DNA from: Scyliorhinus canicula
Lineage: Eukaryota
Assembly (NCBI RefSeq): GCF_902713615.1
Contig: NC_052162.1
Location: 116,674,085 to 116,738,084, forward strand
Length of the DNA stretch: 64,000 nucleotides
Direction of reading: 5' to 3'
Shown in pieces: positions 48,490 to 60,372 of the stretch (position 1 is the first letter of the stretch; the number at the start of each line of letters is the position of its first letter). The notes under the pieces are model-generated. The model saw only the letters and a list, made by a program, of their open reading frames with translations. It was not told the DNA's origin and did no database searches. The position numbers and the translations under genes are program-made.

Positions 48490-50853
48490 TTATGATTCAC
48501 CGGACCCGAGAACATGAAGCTCACCTGTCTGCCACACCCAAGAACAAAACCACACAACCTAGTCCCAGACAGATGTGCCCTGTGGACCACCTTGAACTGA
48601 GTCAAGCTACACCGAACACAGGAGGAGGTCGAGTTGACCCTGTACAGTCTCACTCCACACCCCCTCCACAGAAACCAGATCCAATTCCCCCTCCCACTTC
48701 CTCCTCACCTCACCCAGTGGAGCTTGCTTTGCAGACAGGATCTGACTGTAGATATCTGAAATCCTACCCTCACCCACTTCAGCAAGAGATAGAATCCTAA
48801 TCATCAGAGTGGGCGGGGGAGCTAAAGGAAACGCCAAGATCGTCTTATGTAGGAAATCACGCATCTGAGAAAATTAGAGTTCGCGAGTTGTAATTTTTTC
48901 TACCAGTTCATCAAAACCAATAAATCTGCCGTTCACAAACATGTCACCAAACCTCTCCAGCCCTTCCCTCCAGGACCTCAATGGAAATCCGTAGGCACAA
49001 AGCGGTGAGTCCCACAGAGAGGGGCCAAGAACAATATCTCATCCATCGTCGAGTCTGAGTCCATGGCCACCACGCACCCCAACAAAACAGACCAAACAAC
49101 AAGCTGCAGTCACCGTCAATAAACCTTCCCTATCCCCGAGCTCCCCGCCTCTCATTAAAACCACAACCAAAAGCCCGAAGAACACCCCCAAACCCTTAGC
49201 TCAACAATCCTTAACCCCAAACAGAACCAACGCACTCAGCCCATTATCTAAAACCTAGACTATGTTAATGAGCTGCAGTTACCCCCACCACTTCGCTCTC
49301 ATTAACTACCTTCTTCAGCTCGCAGGGCAACTCTCTCCCGGGGCATATAAAACTGAGTAACCATGACCTGCAACCCCTTCTCCCCGCCTGCACCCAACTT
49401 TAAATAAAGGAACCCCCCCCCCCCCACAAAAATAGTAAAATACAAACTGGTACAAGAAACCCCAACAAGACCCCAAAACCACAATCCCTCTCCAATAACA
49501 ACAAGACCCCATATATAATACAAAATATACCCAGCCTGAGCTTCCTCACAAAAGCATCAGCATCATCCAGCGCCTCAGAAGTAGTGATCTTTTGAATTAA
49601 AACTCACTCGGAGGTGTGCGGGTAAACCGCCCCAAACCGAACTCCACGTATGAAAAGTGTAGCCTTGGCCTTGATAAATGCCGCCCTCCTTTTTGGCAGC
49701 TCCGCCCCCTGATGGGGCCTGATGGCACGGCTCTCCCATTTGTAGTTACGGTGATCATTCGCCCACCTCAGGACTCGTTCCTTATCCCGGTAACTGTGGA
49801 ACCTGACGGTTATTGCCCGAGGTGGCTCTCCTGGGTGAGGTTTCTGACAGAGCGAGTGATGGGCCTGATCCACCTCGGGAGGGAACAACTGCCCACCCTC
49901 CCCACCATCTTCCCAAACATCCTGGACGTGTATTCAGTCGGGTCCGGGCTCTCCAATCCCTCCGGCTGCCCCATAACGCGCGAAGAGTTTGTCTCCTGGA
50001 GCGATTCTCTAAGTCGCCTACTTTGGCAGAGATTTGTTATTATCAGCCAACAGACCATCTCAGCCTCTAAAGAGACAATCCGCTCGCTCTTCATCGAAAC
50101 AGCCGCCCGGTGCCCTGCAACCCTTTACTGTTTCGTCCATTTTTGCCAATATCGATCGAATAGGAGCTGGGGGCTCCTCGATTGATATTGGGAGATCCTC
50201 GGAGATAGTCGGCTGTTGCTAAGATGCCCATGAGCATCTCAACTGACAACACTATAACTTTCGCTTCGGCAGCAGCCGCCGCTATTTTGTTTCCAATGAG
50301 CCTGGAAAAGAATCTGAATCGGATGACGATTCTTTGCTCGCTGGCTTCTTCAAACTTGGTTTCTTGGACATTAACACAGTATGGGAGCTTTATCCCATTG
50401 ACAAATTTGAAATATCCCCAAACCCCCTCAAATACCGGGTGAAAACTGGCAGCACCGTAGCATTGTGGATAGCACAAATGCTTCATAGCTCCAGGGTCCC
50501 AGGTTCGATTCTGGCTTGGGTCACTGGGTCACTGTGCGGAGTCTGCACGTCCTCCCCGTGTGTGCGTGGGTTTCCTCCCACAGTCCAAAGATGTGCAGGT
50601 TAGGTGGATTGGCTATGATAAATTGCCATTGGTGTCCAAAATTGCCCTTAGTGTTGGGTGGGGTTACTGGGTTATGGGGGTAGGGTGGAGGTGTTGACCT
50701 TGGGTATGGTACTCTTTCCAAGAGCTGGTGCAGACTCGATGGGCTGAATGGCCTCCATCTGAACTGTAAATTCTATGAAACTATGAAAACAAAGTCCCCG
50801 GATGAGAGCTGCCTCATATGCGGCCGCTCCTGACATGTCGCAACCGGAGACCC
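48490..50853 (-). mobile_element. Degenerate internally deleted L1-clade LINE in ZNF copy 5 intron (contains a SINE at 50448-50785)
   Basis: ORF1 (PPRAITVRFHSYRDKERVLRWA), ORF2 C-term (SLTQFKVVHRAH), 5' end ctccggttgcgacatg. Confidence 0.8.
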
Positions 50854-51265
50854 TGTCTGTTCTGAATTTCTGTCCTGTACTGACACTTATGTCTTTTGTA
50901 AATTGTTTTTACAGGATATTAGAAAAGGAGGACTAACAGACAGAAATCTCAAACTAAACGTCTCGATCAGACTGAGTCACTTGATTCATCAGGGCCTGAA
51001 CATCATCGGACTTTGAATCTAGAAGGAGAAATGTTTGCCTCGTCTGTCAGCTTGAGAAGATTTTAAACATCAGTGTGACTGGAAAAGCACCGAGACACAC
51101 ACACCCGAGTGAGAGTGTTCCAGAGCACTGACTGTGGAAAGAGCTTTAACCAGTTATACAGCCTGAAAAAACATCACACCATTCACAGCAGGAATAGACT
51201 GTTCTGTGTGTGAACAAGGCGTGAACTGATTGTCCGACCTGGAGAGACATAAGGAGACCCAAAAT

Positions 51266-52526
51266 ATGGAGAAACGATGGGAATGTGGGGACTGTGGGAA
51301 GGGATTCAGAGTCCCATCTGCACTGGAGATTCATCGACGCAGTCACACTGGGGAGAGACCATTCACCTGCTCTCAGTGTGAGAAGGGATTCACTCAGTAT
51401 TCTGACCTGCAGACACACCAGCGAGTTCACACCGGGGAGAGGCCGTTCACCTGCTCTCAGTGTGAGAAGGGATTCAGTCAGTTATCCAGTTTGCGGACAC
51501 ATCAGCGAGTTCACACTGGGGAGAGACCGTTCAACTGCTCTCGGTGTGGGAAGGGATTCATTCAGTTAATCAGCCTGCAGATACATGAGCGAGTTCATAC
51601 TGGTGAGTGGCCGTTCACCTGCTCTCAGTGTGGGAAGGGATTCATTTCCTCATCCAACCTGCAGATACACCAGCGACTTCACACTGGGGAGAGGCCGTTT
51701 ACCTGCTCTCAGTGTGGGAAAGGATTCATTTCCTCATCCAACCTGCAGATACACCAGCGAGTTCACACTGGGGAAAGGCCGTTTACCTGCTCTCCATGTG
51801 GGAAGGGATTCACTCAGTTATCCCACCTGCAGATACACCAGCGAGTTCATACTGGGGAAAAACCGTTCACCTGCTCTGTGTGAGAAGGGATTCACTCAGT
51901 TGATCAGCCTGCAGATACACCAGCGAACTCACACTGGGGAGAGGTCGTTCACCTGCTCTCAGTGTGGGAAGGGATTCACTCGGTTAGACAACCTGCAGTC
52001 ACACCAGCGAGTTCACACTGGGGAGAGGCCGTTCACCTGCTCACAGTGTGGGAAGAGATTCACTCGCTTATCCCACCTGCAGAGACACCAAAGAGTTCAC
52101 ACTGGGGAGAAGCCATTCACCTGCTCTCAGTGTGGGAAGGGATTCACTCATATGTCCAGCCTGCAGACACACCAGCGAGTTCACACTGGGGAGAGGCCAT
52201 TCACCTGTTCTCAGTGTGGGAATAGATTCACTTTGTTATCCAACCTGCGGGCACACCGTCGGGTTCACACTGGGGAGAGGCCATTCGCCTGCTCTCAGTG
52301 TGAAAAGGGATTCACTCGGTTATCCAACCTACAGAGACACCAGCGAGTTCACACTGGGGAGAAGCCATTCACCTGCTCTCCATGTGGGAAGGGATTCACT
52401 CAGTTATCCCATTTGCAGGCATATCAGCGAGTTCACATTGGGGAGAGTTTGTTCACCTGTTGTGAATGTGGGAAGGGATTCCGTGATTCATCGCACCTGC
52501 TGAGGCACGAACAAGTTCACAAGTGA
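51266..52526 (+). pseudogene. C2H2 ZNF copy 5, 15 fingers with a 2-bp deletion at ~51877 (truncates to 7 fingers)
   Basis: tgctct--gtgtgagaag versus consensus tgctctcagtgtgagaag. ORFs 51230-51883 and 51585-52526 join across it. Acceptor at 50914/50915. Confidence 0.85.
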
Positions 52527-53170
52527 TTACAGGGGTTGGATTTTGCTGTTATTGTTTATGTTCTGTATTACATCCAGGACTGCATTTTGGTCATTCTGAC
52601 AGTTGGTCAATGGGGATGGTTGGAGAGATTCTTCTGCTGGACTGGCCGGTGTCACGACTTTGACTCCAGTGGGCTGACGTTCTTTGAGCCTTGTTGTGAA
52701 TACCTGGTTTCACATTTCACAAGGATCAGAGATTGAAAGTTGGTTTGGAAGTTGGAAGATGTTTCCTTCCCATTTCTGTTTGGATCCCCCTAAAGCATGC
52801 CACCTTGCCATGGAGATGGGCAATGGAGGGTACATGGTTCTTTTGTTTAATTTATCTCTGTGTTTCTTGCAGAAGAAAATTATCAAGGTATAGGGCAGGT
52901 TATCTGACATGGACTGAGAAACAACATTAAATGGTGTGATGGGAGATGGGCAATAACTAATATTTCTGGGGATTGGTTAGCTCAGTTGGCTGGATGGCTG
53001 GTTTATGATACTGAGCGACACCAACAGCGTGGGTTCACCTGCCGTACCGGCTGAGGTCATCCGTGAAGGCCCTGCCCCCTCAACATTGCCCCTCGAGTGA
53101 GGTGTGGTGACCGTCAGATTAAATCAGCACCAGTCAGCTCTCTCTCTCTCTCACGCAAAGGGGAATGCTC

Positions 53171-53584
53171 TGATGGAATTCTGACAATGTACCAGTCAGT
53201 AACAAGGTTAAGATACGGGAGTTATGTATACACAAGACCCAAGGACGGTCGATGAGGGGATCTGGAAGACATCATGAGTTCATGACTAACCCCCTAGCTG
53301 TCCATGAGCTGATCACGCAGTTCCCTGCTGCCCAGTAACCACTTTCATTGGATCTACCAGTCAATATGTGTCATCTATAATCATTGTGATTGGATCGTGT
53401 CCGGCTGAGTTGGGCTGACTAACTATTTGAAATTGTATAAATGATGATGATTCCCTTTGTTCAGTGGAGATGTATCTGCTTTTACCCAGAGGCTTACTCC
53501 CCGCCGGTGTTACAACAATAAACCATTTGATGTTTGAAGCAGATCTGAATGTCGAGGGATTCTTTTGGATTCTTTCCCGCTCAC
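53171..53584 (+). mobile_element. Probable solo LTR (retroviral/LTR-retrotransposon)
   Basis: TG...CA ends, TATAAA at ~53437, AATAAA at ~53517. No TSD found. Confidence 0.5.
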
Positions 53585-53585
53585 A

Positions 53586-54945
53586 GGAGCATAACCTACT
53601 TTTGTATTCAATTCCCCACAATAAACAATAACATTCTATTAGCTTTCCTAATTACTTGCTGTACCTGTATACTAGCCTTTTGTGATTCATGCTCTTGGAC
53701 ACCCAGATCCCTCTGAGTCTCAGAGCTCTGCAATCTTTCACCATTTAGATAATAAGCTTTTTTATTCTTCTGGCCAACACGGACAATTTCACATTTTCCT
53801 ACATTATTCTCCATTTGGCAGATTTTTTCCCACTCACTTAACCTATCTATATCCCTTTGTAATCTCCTTATGTCCTCTTCACAATTTACTTTCCTCCCTA
53901 TGGGGGCAGCACAAGTGGATAGCACTGTGGCTTCACAGCGCCAGGGTCCCAGGTTCGACTCCCCGCTGGGTCACTCTCTGTGCGGAGTCTGCATGTTCTC
54001 CCCATGTCTGCGTGGGTTTCCTCCGGGTACTCTGGTTTCCTCCCACAGTCCAAAGACATGGTGGTTAGGTGGATTGGCCATGATAAATTGCCCTTAGTGA
54101 CCAAAAAAAGGTTAGATGTGGTTATTGGGATAGGGTAGAAGTGAGGGCTTAAGTGCGTTGGTGCAGACTTGATGAGCCGAATGGCCTCCTGCACTGTGTG
54201 TTCTATCTTTGTATCAGAGAAGCAGGCCATTCAGCTCATCAAACCTACTCTCCCATTCAATACAATCATTCACTTCATTGCCTTTTTCCCCACACTATCC
54301 CCATCTCCTTTTGAAATGAAATGAAAATCACTTATTGTCACAAGTAGGCTTCAATGAAGTTACTGTGAAAAGCCCCTAGTCGCCACATTCTGGCACCTGT
54401 TCAGGGAGGCTGTTATGGGAATCGAACCGTGCTGCTGGCCTGCCTTGGTCTGCTTTTAAAGCCAGCTATTTAGCCCAGTGTGCTAAACCAGCCCCTTGTG
54501 TTATTGGTAGTTAGAAACCTGGCAGTCTCTGCTTTAAACACACTCAATGACTGAGCTCCCACAGCCCTCTGGGGTAGAGAATTCTAAAGATTCACAACCC
54601 TCTGAGTAAAGAAATGTCTCCTCCGAGACCGGTCCTAAGTGGCTTCCTCCTTATTTTGACATTGTGTCCCCTGGTTCCAGACTCTCCAACCAGGGGAAAC
54701 ATCTCACCTGCACCAACCCTGTCTATTCCTTTATGGATTTTGTAAGTTTCAATGAGATCACTTCTCATTATTTGAAACTCTAGAGAATACAGGTCAGGTT
54801 TCCCCAATCTCTCCTCAAAGGGCAGCCCTGCCATCCCTGGAACAAGTCTGGTGAATGTTTGTTGCGCTCCCACTCTGGCGATAAGGGCAGTAAAACTGTA
54901 CTCAGTCCTCCAGCTGCAGTCTGACCAAGGTTCTGCACAACAGGT
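53586..54945 (-). mobile_element. CR1 fragments with nested SINEs (53902-54205 +, 54313-54495 -)
   Basis: RLQRDIDRLSEW...GKCEIV...RDLGV and DLIETYKI...TRGH. Confidence 0.85.
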
Positions 54946-54949
54946 ACAT

Positions 54950-55550
54950 TCTGGTCGGTCTCACCACTTTGCTTCCAGTGGGGCTGATGCTCTTTGAGCT
55001 TTGGTGTGAATGTTGCTGCTGAAATGATCCACAAGAGATAATGAAGGACATTTATTTTGTCCTGGATAGTATGGGGGAGGCGGTGACCTTGTGGTATTGT
55101 TGCTGGATTAGTAATCCAGAGACCCAGGGTAATGCTCTGGGGTCCCAGGTACAAATCCCGTCAGGGCAGATGGTGAAATTTGAATTCAATAAAAATTTGG
55201 AATTAAAAGCCTAATGATGACCATGAAACCATTTTGAACCCATCTGGTTCACTGATATCCCTCAAAGAAGGAAATCTGCCCATCCTTACCCAGTCTGGCC
55301 CACATGTGACTCCAGACCCACACAGATGCGGTTGACTAACTGTCCCTCACTGAAATGACCCAGCATGTTTAAGGGCAATTATGAATGGGCAACAAATGCT
55401 GGCCCAGCCAGCGATACCCACATCCCAAGAAATAATATTTTATCCAACCACGACAGGTAGATCTAAAATAAATACATTTGTCTCTGTTCCATTGAGTCTA
55501 CAGCACAGGGCCAGGCCAGTCGGCTCAATTGGTCTCTGACAGTATTTATA
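54950..55550 (+). pseudogene. Orphan ZNF 3' UTR/flank without fingers
   Basis: Matches 1540-1773 (split by the repeat at 55075-55430). Confidence 0.75.
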
Positions 55551-55619
55551 TCAGCTCCAATAAACACGTGGTGCTGGAGCATCTCGGTGTTGCTCTTTTA
55601 TAACCGCAGTGTGTGCTTA

Positions 55620-56346
55620 CCCCGTATGGTGGACAAATGATCACACAAGTATTTCAGTTCAATCACAGTTTATTTATTAGATACAAGGTTATATACTTAA
55701 GTAATCACGCGTTCGTGCACACTAAGACTATAACTATCAATTTAAATGACCTTGACTTAACTTCCAAATGACCGGCTGGTGTAGGGCAGATATGGCCTTA
55801 TCTGTTTCCTCACTTATGGCGGCTGCAGTTCGAGTAGGTTGCCTGTGCTTGCTGGTCGTCCTACGGTAGATCTCACGGGTCCATGAACTTGGCTGATGTA
55901 AGTAGCTGTACTGCAGTCAGAGGTCAGGTGCAGAGCCGGTCCAAGAGAGAGAGAAATGATGGCCGCACTGCCTTTTAAACAGCTTAAGTTTTCGCCAACC
56001 CTTTCGTGGGTGGTTTCTGGGTCACTGTCCATCAATTCCTCAGGGCTCCACCCTCTGATCGTTCACATCCAATCAGGGGCTGATACATCACTTCTGGGGT
56101 GGCAGTCAGTGGCTAATCCTGGGAGGGCTCCGAGCAGGGCCTTGGTGCCGTTCTGTCTGGAAGATGATGTGATGGACAAGATTGTCCATTGTTCCTTTAA
56201 TTGCCTTTCAATGGCCCATTTGCAGCTGTGAGTTTCTGCATAAGTCTGGGCTGCGGTTTGCAAATATACAAACTGCAGCTTGTCTGTGTCCCAAGCCTGG
56301 CCACACCATCATTCTTTGCGACATTTTAGATGGCCATATAGGTAAC
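55620..56346 (-). mobile_element. Possible LTR
   Basis: TGTTA start on the minus strand and AATAAA near the other end; resembles 5840-6164. Confidence 0.35.
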
Positions 56347-57036
56347 AGTGATCATAATATTATAGGGAAGTCAATGTTTATTCATTTTAATAGCTTTTGT
56401 TAGTTATGTTCAGTTATCACAGAATCATGGTATATGAAACAATTCACTCAATCCGAAATTGCACAATGTGAGTCTCTGTCTTCAGGTGCACTCGTCCTTG
56501 ACAAACGACTTGTGCCATATTGTCTGAGGCCAAAGTAGGTTCAGTTTTATGGTTTTACCACAGGACTAGTGCTGAATGAAAATCTGTTACATTTTATTGC
56601 AGGATTTGGGGATACACGTTTCTTGTAGTTTAATTCTGTCAATGCTGGAGAAATTCTGTGTCTTAAATTGTGTTCACTTTTCAACTTGCAGCAAAGTTGT
56701 CACTTTCCTTCAAATTCGACAACAGATTTTCTCCACTAGTGTGGGTTTTATTCTCAGTTTCTGTAATGGTGTTGTGGTTATGTCATTTCTGTGACTTATT
56801 TCTCAGAAATATGTAATTTATGAATGAAAATGGTATTTTGTAATGTGTGTCTTGTTACTTAAACTTTAACAAACCAATCATCTTTATGGATTTATTTTCT
56901 GTGTTCAGTAGGAATTACTGTATTAGTTTAGGTTTGTGTATCTTGTGTACTTTCAGTTATTTATATTTAAGTAACTTGCTTCAGTCATCAGCAGTCACTA
57001 AGAAGTTACACATGACACCTAAAGATGTATCATCTC

Positions 57037-57320
57037 AGCACGGTGGCACTATGGTTAGCACAGCCTCTTCACAGCGTCAGAGACCCGGGTTCAATTCTGG
57101 CCTTGTGTCACTGTCTGTGTGGAGTTTGCACGTTGTCCCTGTGTCTGCGTGGGTTTCTTCTGGGTGCTCCAGTTTCCTCCAACAGTCCAAAGATGTGCAG
57201 GTTAGGTGGGGTTAGGGTGCGGACTGGGCCTAGATAAGGTGTTCTTTCAGAGGGTCGGTGCAGACTTGATGGGCTGAACGGCCTCTTTCTGCACTGTAGG
57301 GATTCAGTGGTTCTATGGTA
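57037..57320 (+). mobile_element. HE1-like SINE
   Basis: SINE head, core and tail. Confidence 0.85.
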
Positions 57321-57815
57321 TCAGTTAGGATGATGAGCCTGACGAATATTAATCATGAGGAAGTGACACCACAATGAGAAAGTGACATCACACATCAGCA
57401 AGGTGACCGATATCCTTCAGAGTCCAATCAGACATTGATCGTGCCCCATTTAACCAATCAGGAACTGATCATGGGCTGCTTGGGCCAATCAGAACCACAG
57501 GTTCACTACCATCAGACCATGTGTAGAGGTAATTGCTGGAAAGGGTTAATGAGCTACAATTCTCTGGAGCTCGACACGCAACACAACATGAAGTAAGAGG
57601 ATGGACTTCAGTCAACAGAACAAGAGATATCGCCACAGTCACCCAGAAGTCGCGAGCTGGTGATCCAGAGTGAAAGGACTGATCCACTGCCTTGGTTGAG
57701 TATTGTGATTGAATTGGCAAGTCAATTAAAAGTAGAGGTGTCGGTTAAATTTAGGAAGGGACATACATATTATATATTAGTTGAGTGCCTGGGTCTGTTA
57801 TAAACACAGGACAGC

Positions 57816-58035
57816 GGGCAGCACGGTTGTGCAGTGGGTTAGCCCTGCTGCCTCATGGCGCTGTGGTTCCAGGTTTGATCCCAGCCCTGGGTCACTGTCT
57901 GTGTGGTGTATGCACATTCTCCCCGTGTTTGGGTGGGTTTCGCCCCCACAACCCAAAGATGTGCAGGCTAGGTGGACTGGCCATGATAAATTGCCCCTTA
58001 ATTGGAAAAAATGAATTGGGTGTTCTAAAAATGAA
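57816..58035 (+). mobile_element. HE1-like SINE
   Basis: SINE head/core; ataaacacagga is duplicated on the flanks (TSD). Confidence 0.85.
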
Positions 58036-58099
58036 AAAGATAAACACAGGAGAGCTCATGAGCAAGTAGTCCAGGACGTGTAGCACTTTCTGATGGGGA

Positions 58100-60372
58100 C
58101 ACCGGTCTGGAGAGGATTTGGTTGCAGTTTGAGCATGAGAGGGACTTAAAAACATGAAGATGTGGGAAAGGGAAGAAAAGATAGAGAGGGAGAGGAGAAG
58201 TGAGGGAGGGAGAAGAAAGAGAGAGAGAGAGAGAGAGAATTACGGTTGGAGTTAAAGGCAGAAGTGAGGAAAGTTAAAAAGGAGGAGTAACCCTTCCCAG
58301 TCCAAATCCTAATGGGGATATTTTTAAATTTATACAGGCCCTACCAAAATTTGAGGGGAAAGATGTAGAAATATTCTTCATGGCATTTGAGAAAATAGCA
58401 ACTCAAATAGAGTTGATGAAGGAAAAGAGAGCATTCCTCATGCAAAGTAAACTGATGGGGAAGTGCAGGAAGTTTATACTTCCCTGTCAGAGGGGCTGTC
58501 TCACGGTTACAACAAGATAAAGACTATTCTGGGTGTATTTCAATTAGTTTTGGAGGCATTGAGGCAAAAGCTTTGGAATTTAAGGAAACAACAAGGACAG
58601 ACTGAAACTGAATTTGAAAAGGTTAAACAGGACAATTTTAATCAGTGGGTATGAGCATCGGGTGTTGAAACCAGCTATGGTGCTCTCAGTAAAATCATTC
58701 TCCCAGAAGAATTTAAGAATTCAATAACTTCTGTGATAAGAATCCACACTGAAGACCAAAGGGGGATGACCGCTAGACAAGCAGCAATAATGGCTAACCA
58801 TTGTGAGCTGATCCATAAATTTAAATCTTTGTTCCGTCAGCCCCATAATTTGGTTAAGGATAGGAAGTGGGAGAGTGAAAGGAAGAGAGGTAGCCAAGGT
58901 AAAGAATAGATAGCTGGGAATGCTCGGAGGTCGTCTCCTCAGACCAGGAAGGAAGGGACTGAGCGTGGAGGTGAGACTCAAAGGTCTCAGTGTTACCGTT
59001 CCAATAAAGTGGGAAGCATTCGTACAGCCTGTTGGACGTTGTGAGGAAAGCCCATGAGACTTGTTCAGATTCATAAGGAGGATTCTGAACAGGGATCAAA
59101 AGTGGAGAATAGCACAGAGCAGACAGTAGCTCTAAGTGAAATTAGGAGACCTGAGGTAAACTCTGCTGTGGAAGCAGGTGTGGTGAATGAGGTCGATGAG
59201 AGATATGCAGGGCTTTGATCTGAGAGGAAGATCACCCCATTTTCATCAAATGATGGAGCCAAACCCAAAATTATTTCAAGGGTCACAGGTCCTACACAAA
59301 CTCTCTTACTGGAGAGGGATTTGTGTTTTCCTCTGAAGAGTTCAATGAAAGCTAAGGGACTGGATTCTCCGCTGTCGAGATTCTCCGTTTCACCGGCAAC
59401 CCGGGGAATTCCCAATGGCGTGGGGCTGCCCACAATGGGAAACCCCATTGGCCGGCTGGTGAGATGAAGAATCCCGGGGGCCCCCTGCAACATATTTCTG
59501 GTATGGCGGGACAGAGAATCCTGCCCAAGGTATTGGTGAATGGGATAAATGGAGATTATATCCCAGTTCCATTGTATAAAGTACAATTGGAGTGTGATTT
59601 ATTGTCAGGTCATCTGGTTGTCAGAGTGGTTAAGAAGTTGCCTGTAGACAGAATAGACTTACTTTTGGGCAATGATTTGGCAGTTGTGAAGGTTGTAGCT
59701 TCACCCATGATTGCAGAGAGTCTGAGGGAAGAAAAGGAGACAAAACAGTTCCAGGAACAGTTTCCAGATGTTTTTCCGCATTGTGTGGTGACCTGGGCAA
59801 TGGCTAAACAAAGTTCATCACCAGAGATTAAAGTCACGCCACAATCAGATGGTAGAGCAGCCAAAGCTATCCTTGAGAATGAGGATAATTGTGGGGAAGT
59901 ATTTGCTAGGACTTCATTAACTGCGGCCCAGGACGCAGACCCAGAGTTGTGTAGATTAGCACAGTTAGGTCTCATGGAAGTTGAGGCTGAAATGGCTCCA
60001 AAGTGTTATTACATTGAGAACGGAGTTCTGAGGAGGAAGTGGAGACAGCCTCATATACCTGTGGTTGAGGAGTGGATGTTTGTTCATCAGATATCCCAAA
60101 TATTGTGGGAAATACTGCGGGTAGCACGAGATACCAACGGCAGGACTTGTGGAAATTCGGAAAACCCAGGCATCAGTCAACAGGCATTCTTCCTGGCCAG
60201 GACGGCAAAGAATGTAGTGCGATTCTCTCGAATTGGTCGTACCTGTCAGGTAATAGGTAAACCACAACACAGGATTAAACCCGTGCCTTTAATACCCAGA
60301 CCAGTGTTATAAGAACCGTTTATTCGGGTATTGGTGGGCTGCAGAGGATCATTGTGTAAAATGAAGGCAGGG
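58100..60372 (+). mobile_element. Degenerate Gmr1-like Gypsy: SCAN-like gag, zinc knuckle, protease, integrase N-term
   Basis: ALPKFEGKDVEIFF..FEK; EALRQKLWNLRK...IILPEEFKNS; CYRSNKVGSIRTAC; IISRVTG (DTG decayed)...DLLLGNDL; then directly AHEIP...RTCQVIGKP...[10 protein letters not shown], so integrase follows protease. Confidence 0.82.
59357..59526. mobile_element. Harbinger-type MITE (170 bp) with 3-bp TSD AAG, inserted in the Gypsy protease region
   Basis: ggactggattctc...gagaatcctgccc TIRs. Removing it restores atg aaa gct aag gta ttg. Confidence 0.8.

Noticed and set aside
51061-51100. Stop-codon readthrough or selenocysteine at the conserved TGA-CTG
   Set aside because: An in-frame TAA lies five codons upstream and several copies have frameshifts, so a fossil UTR is simpler.
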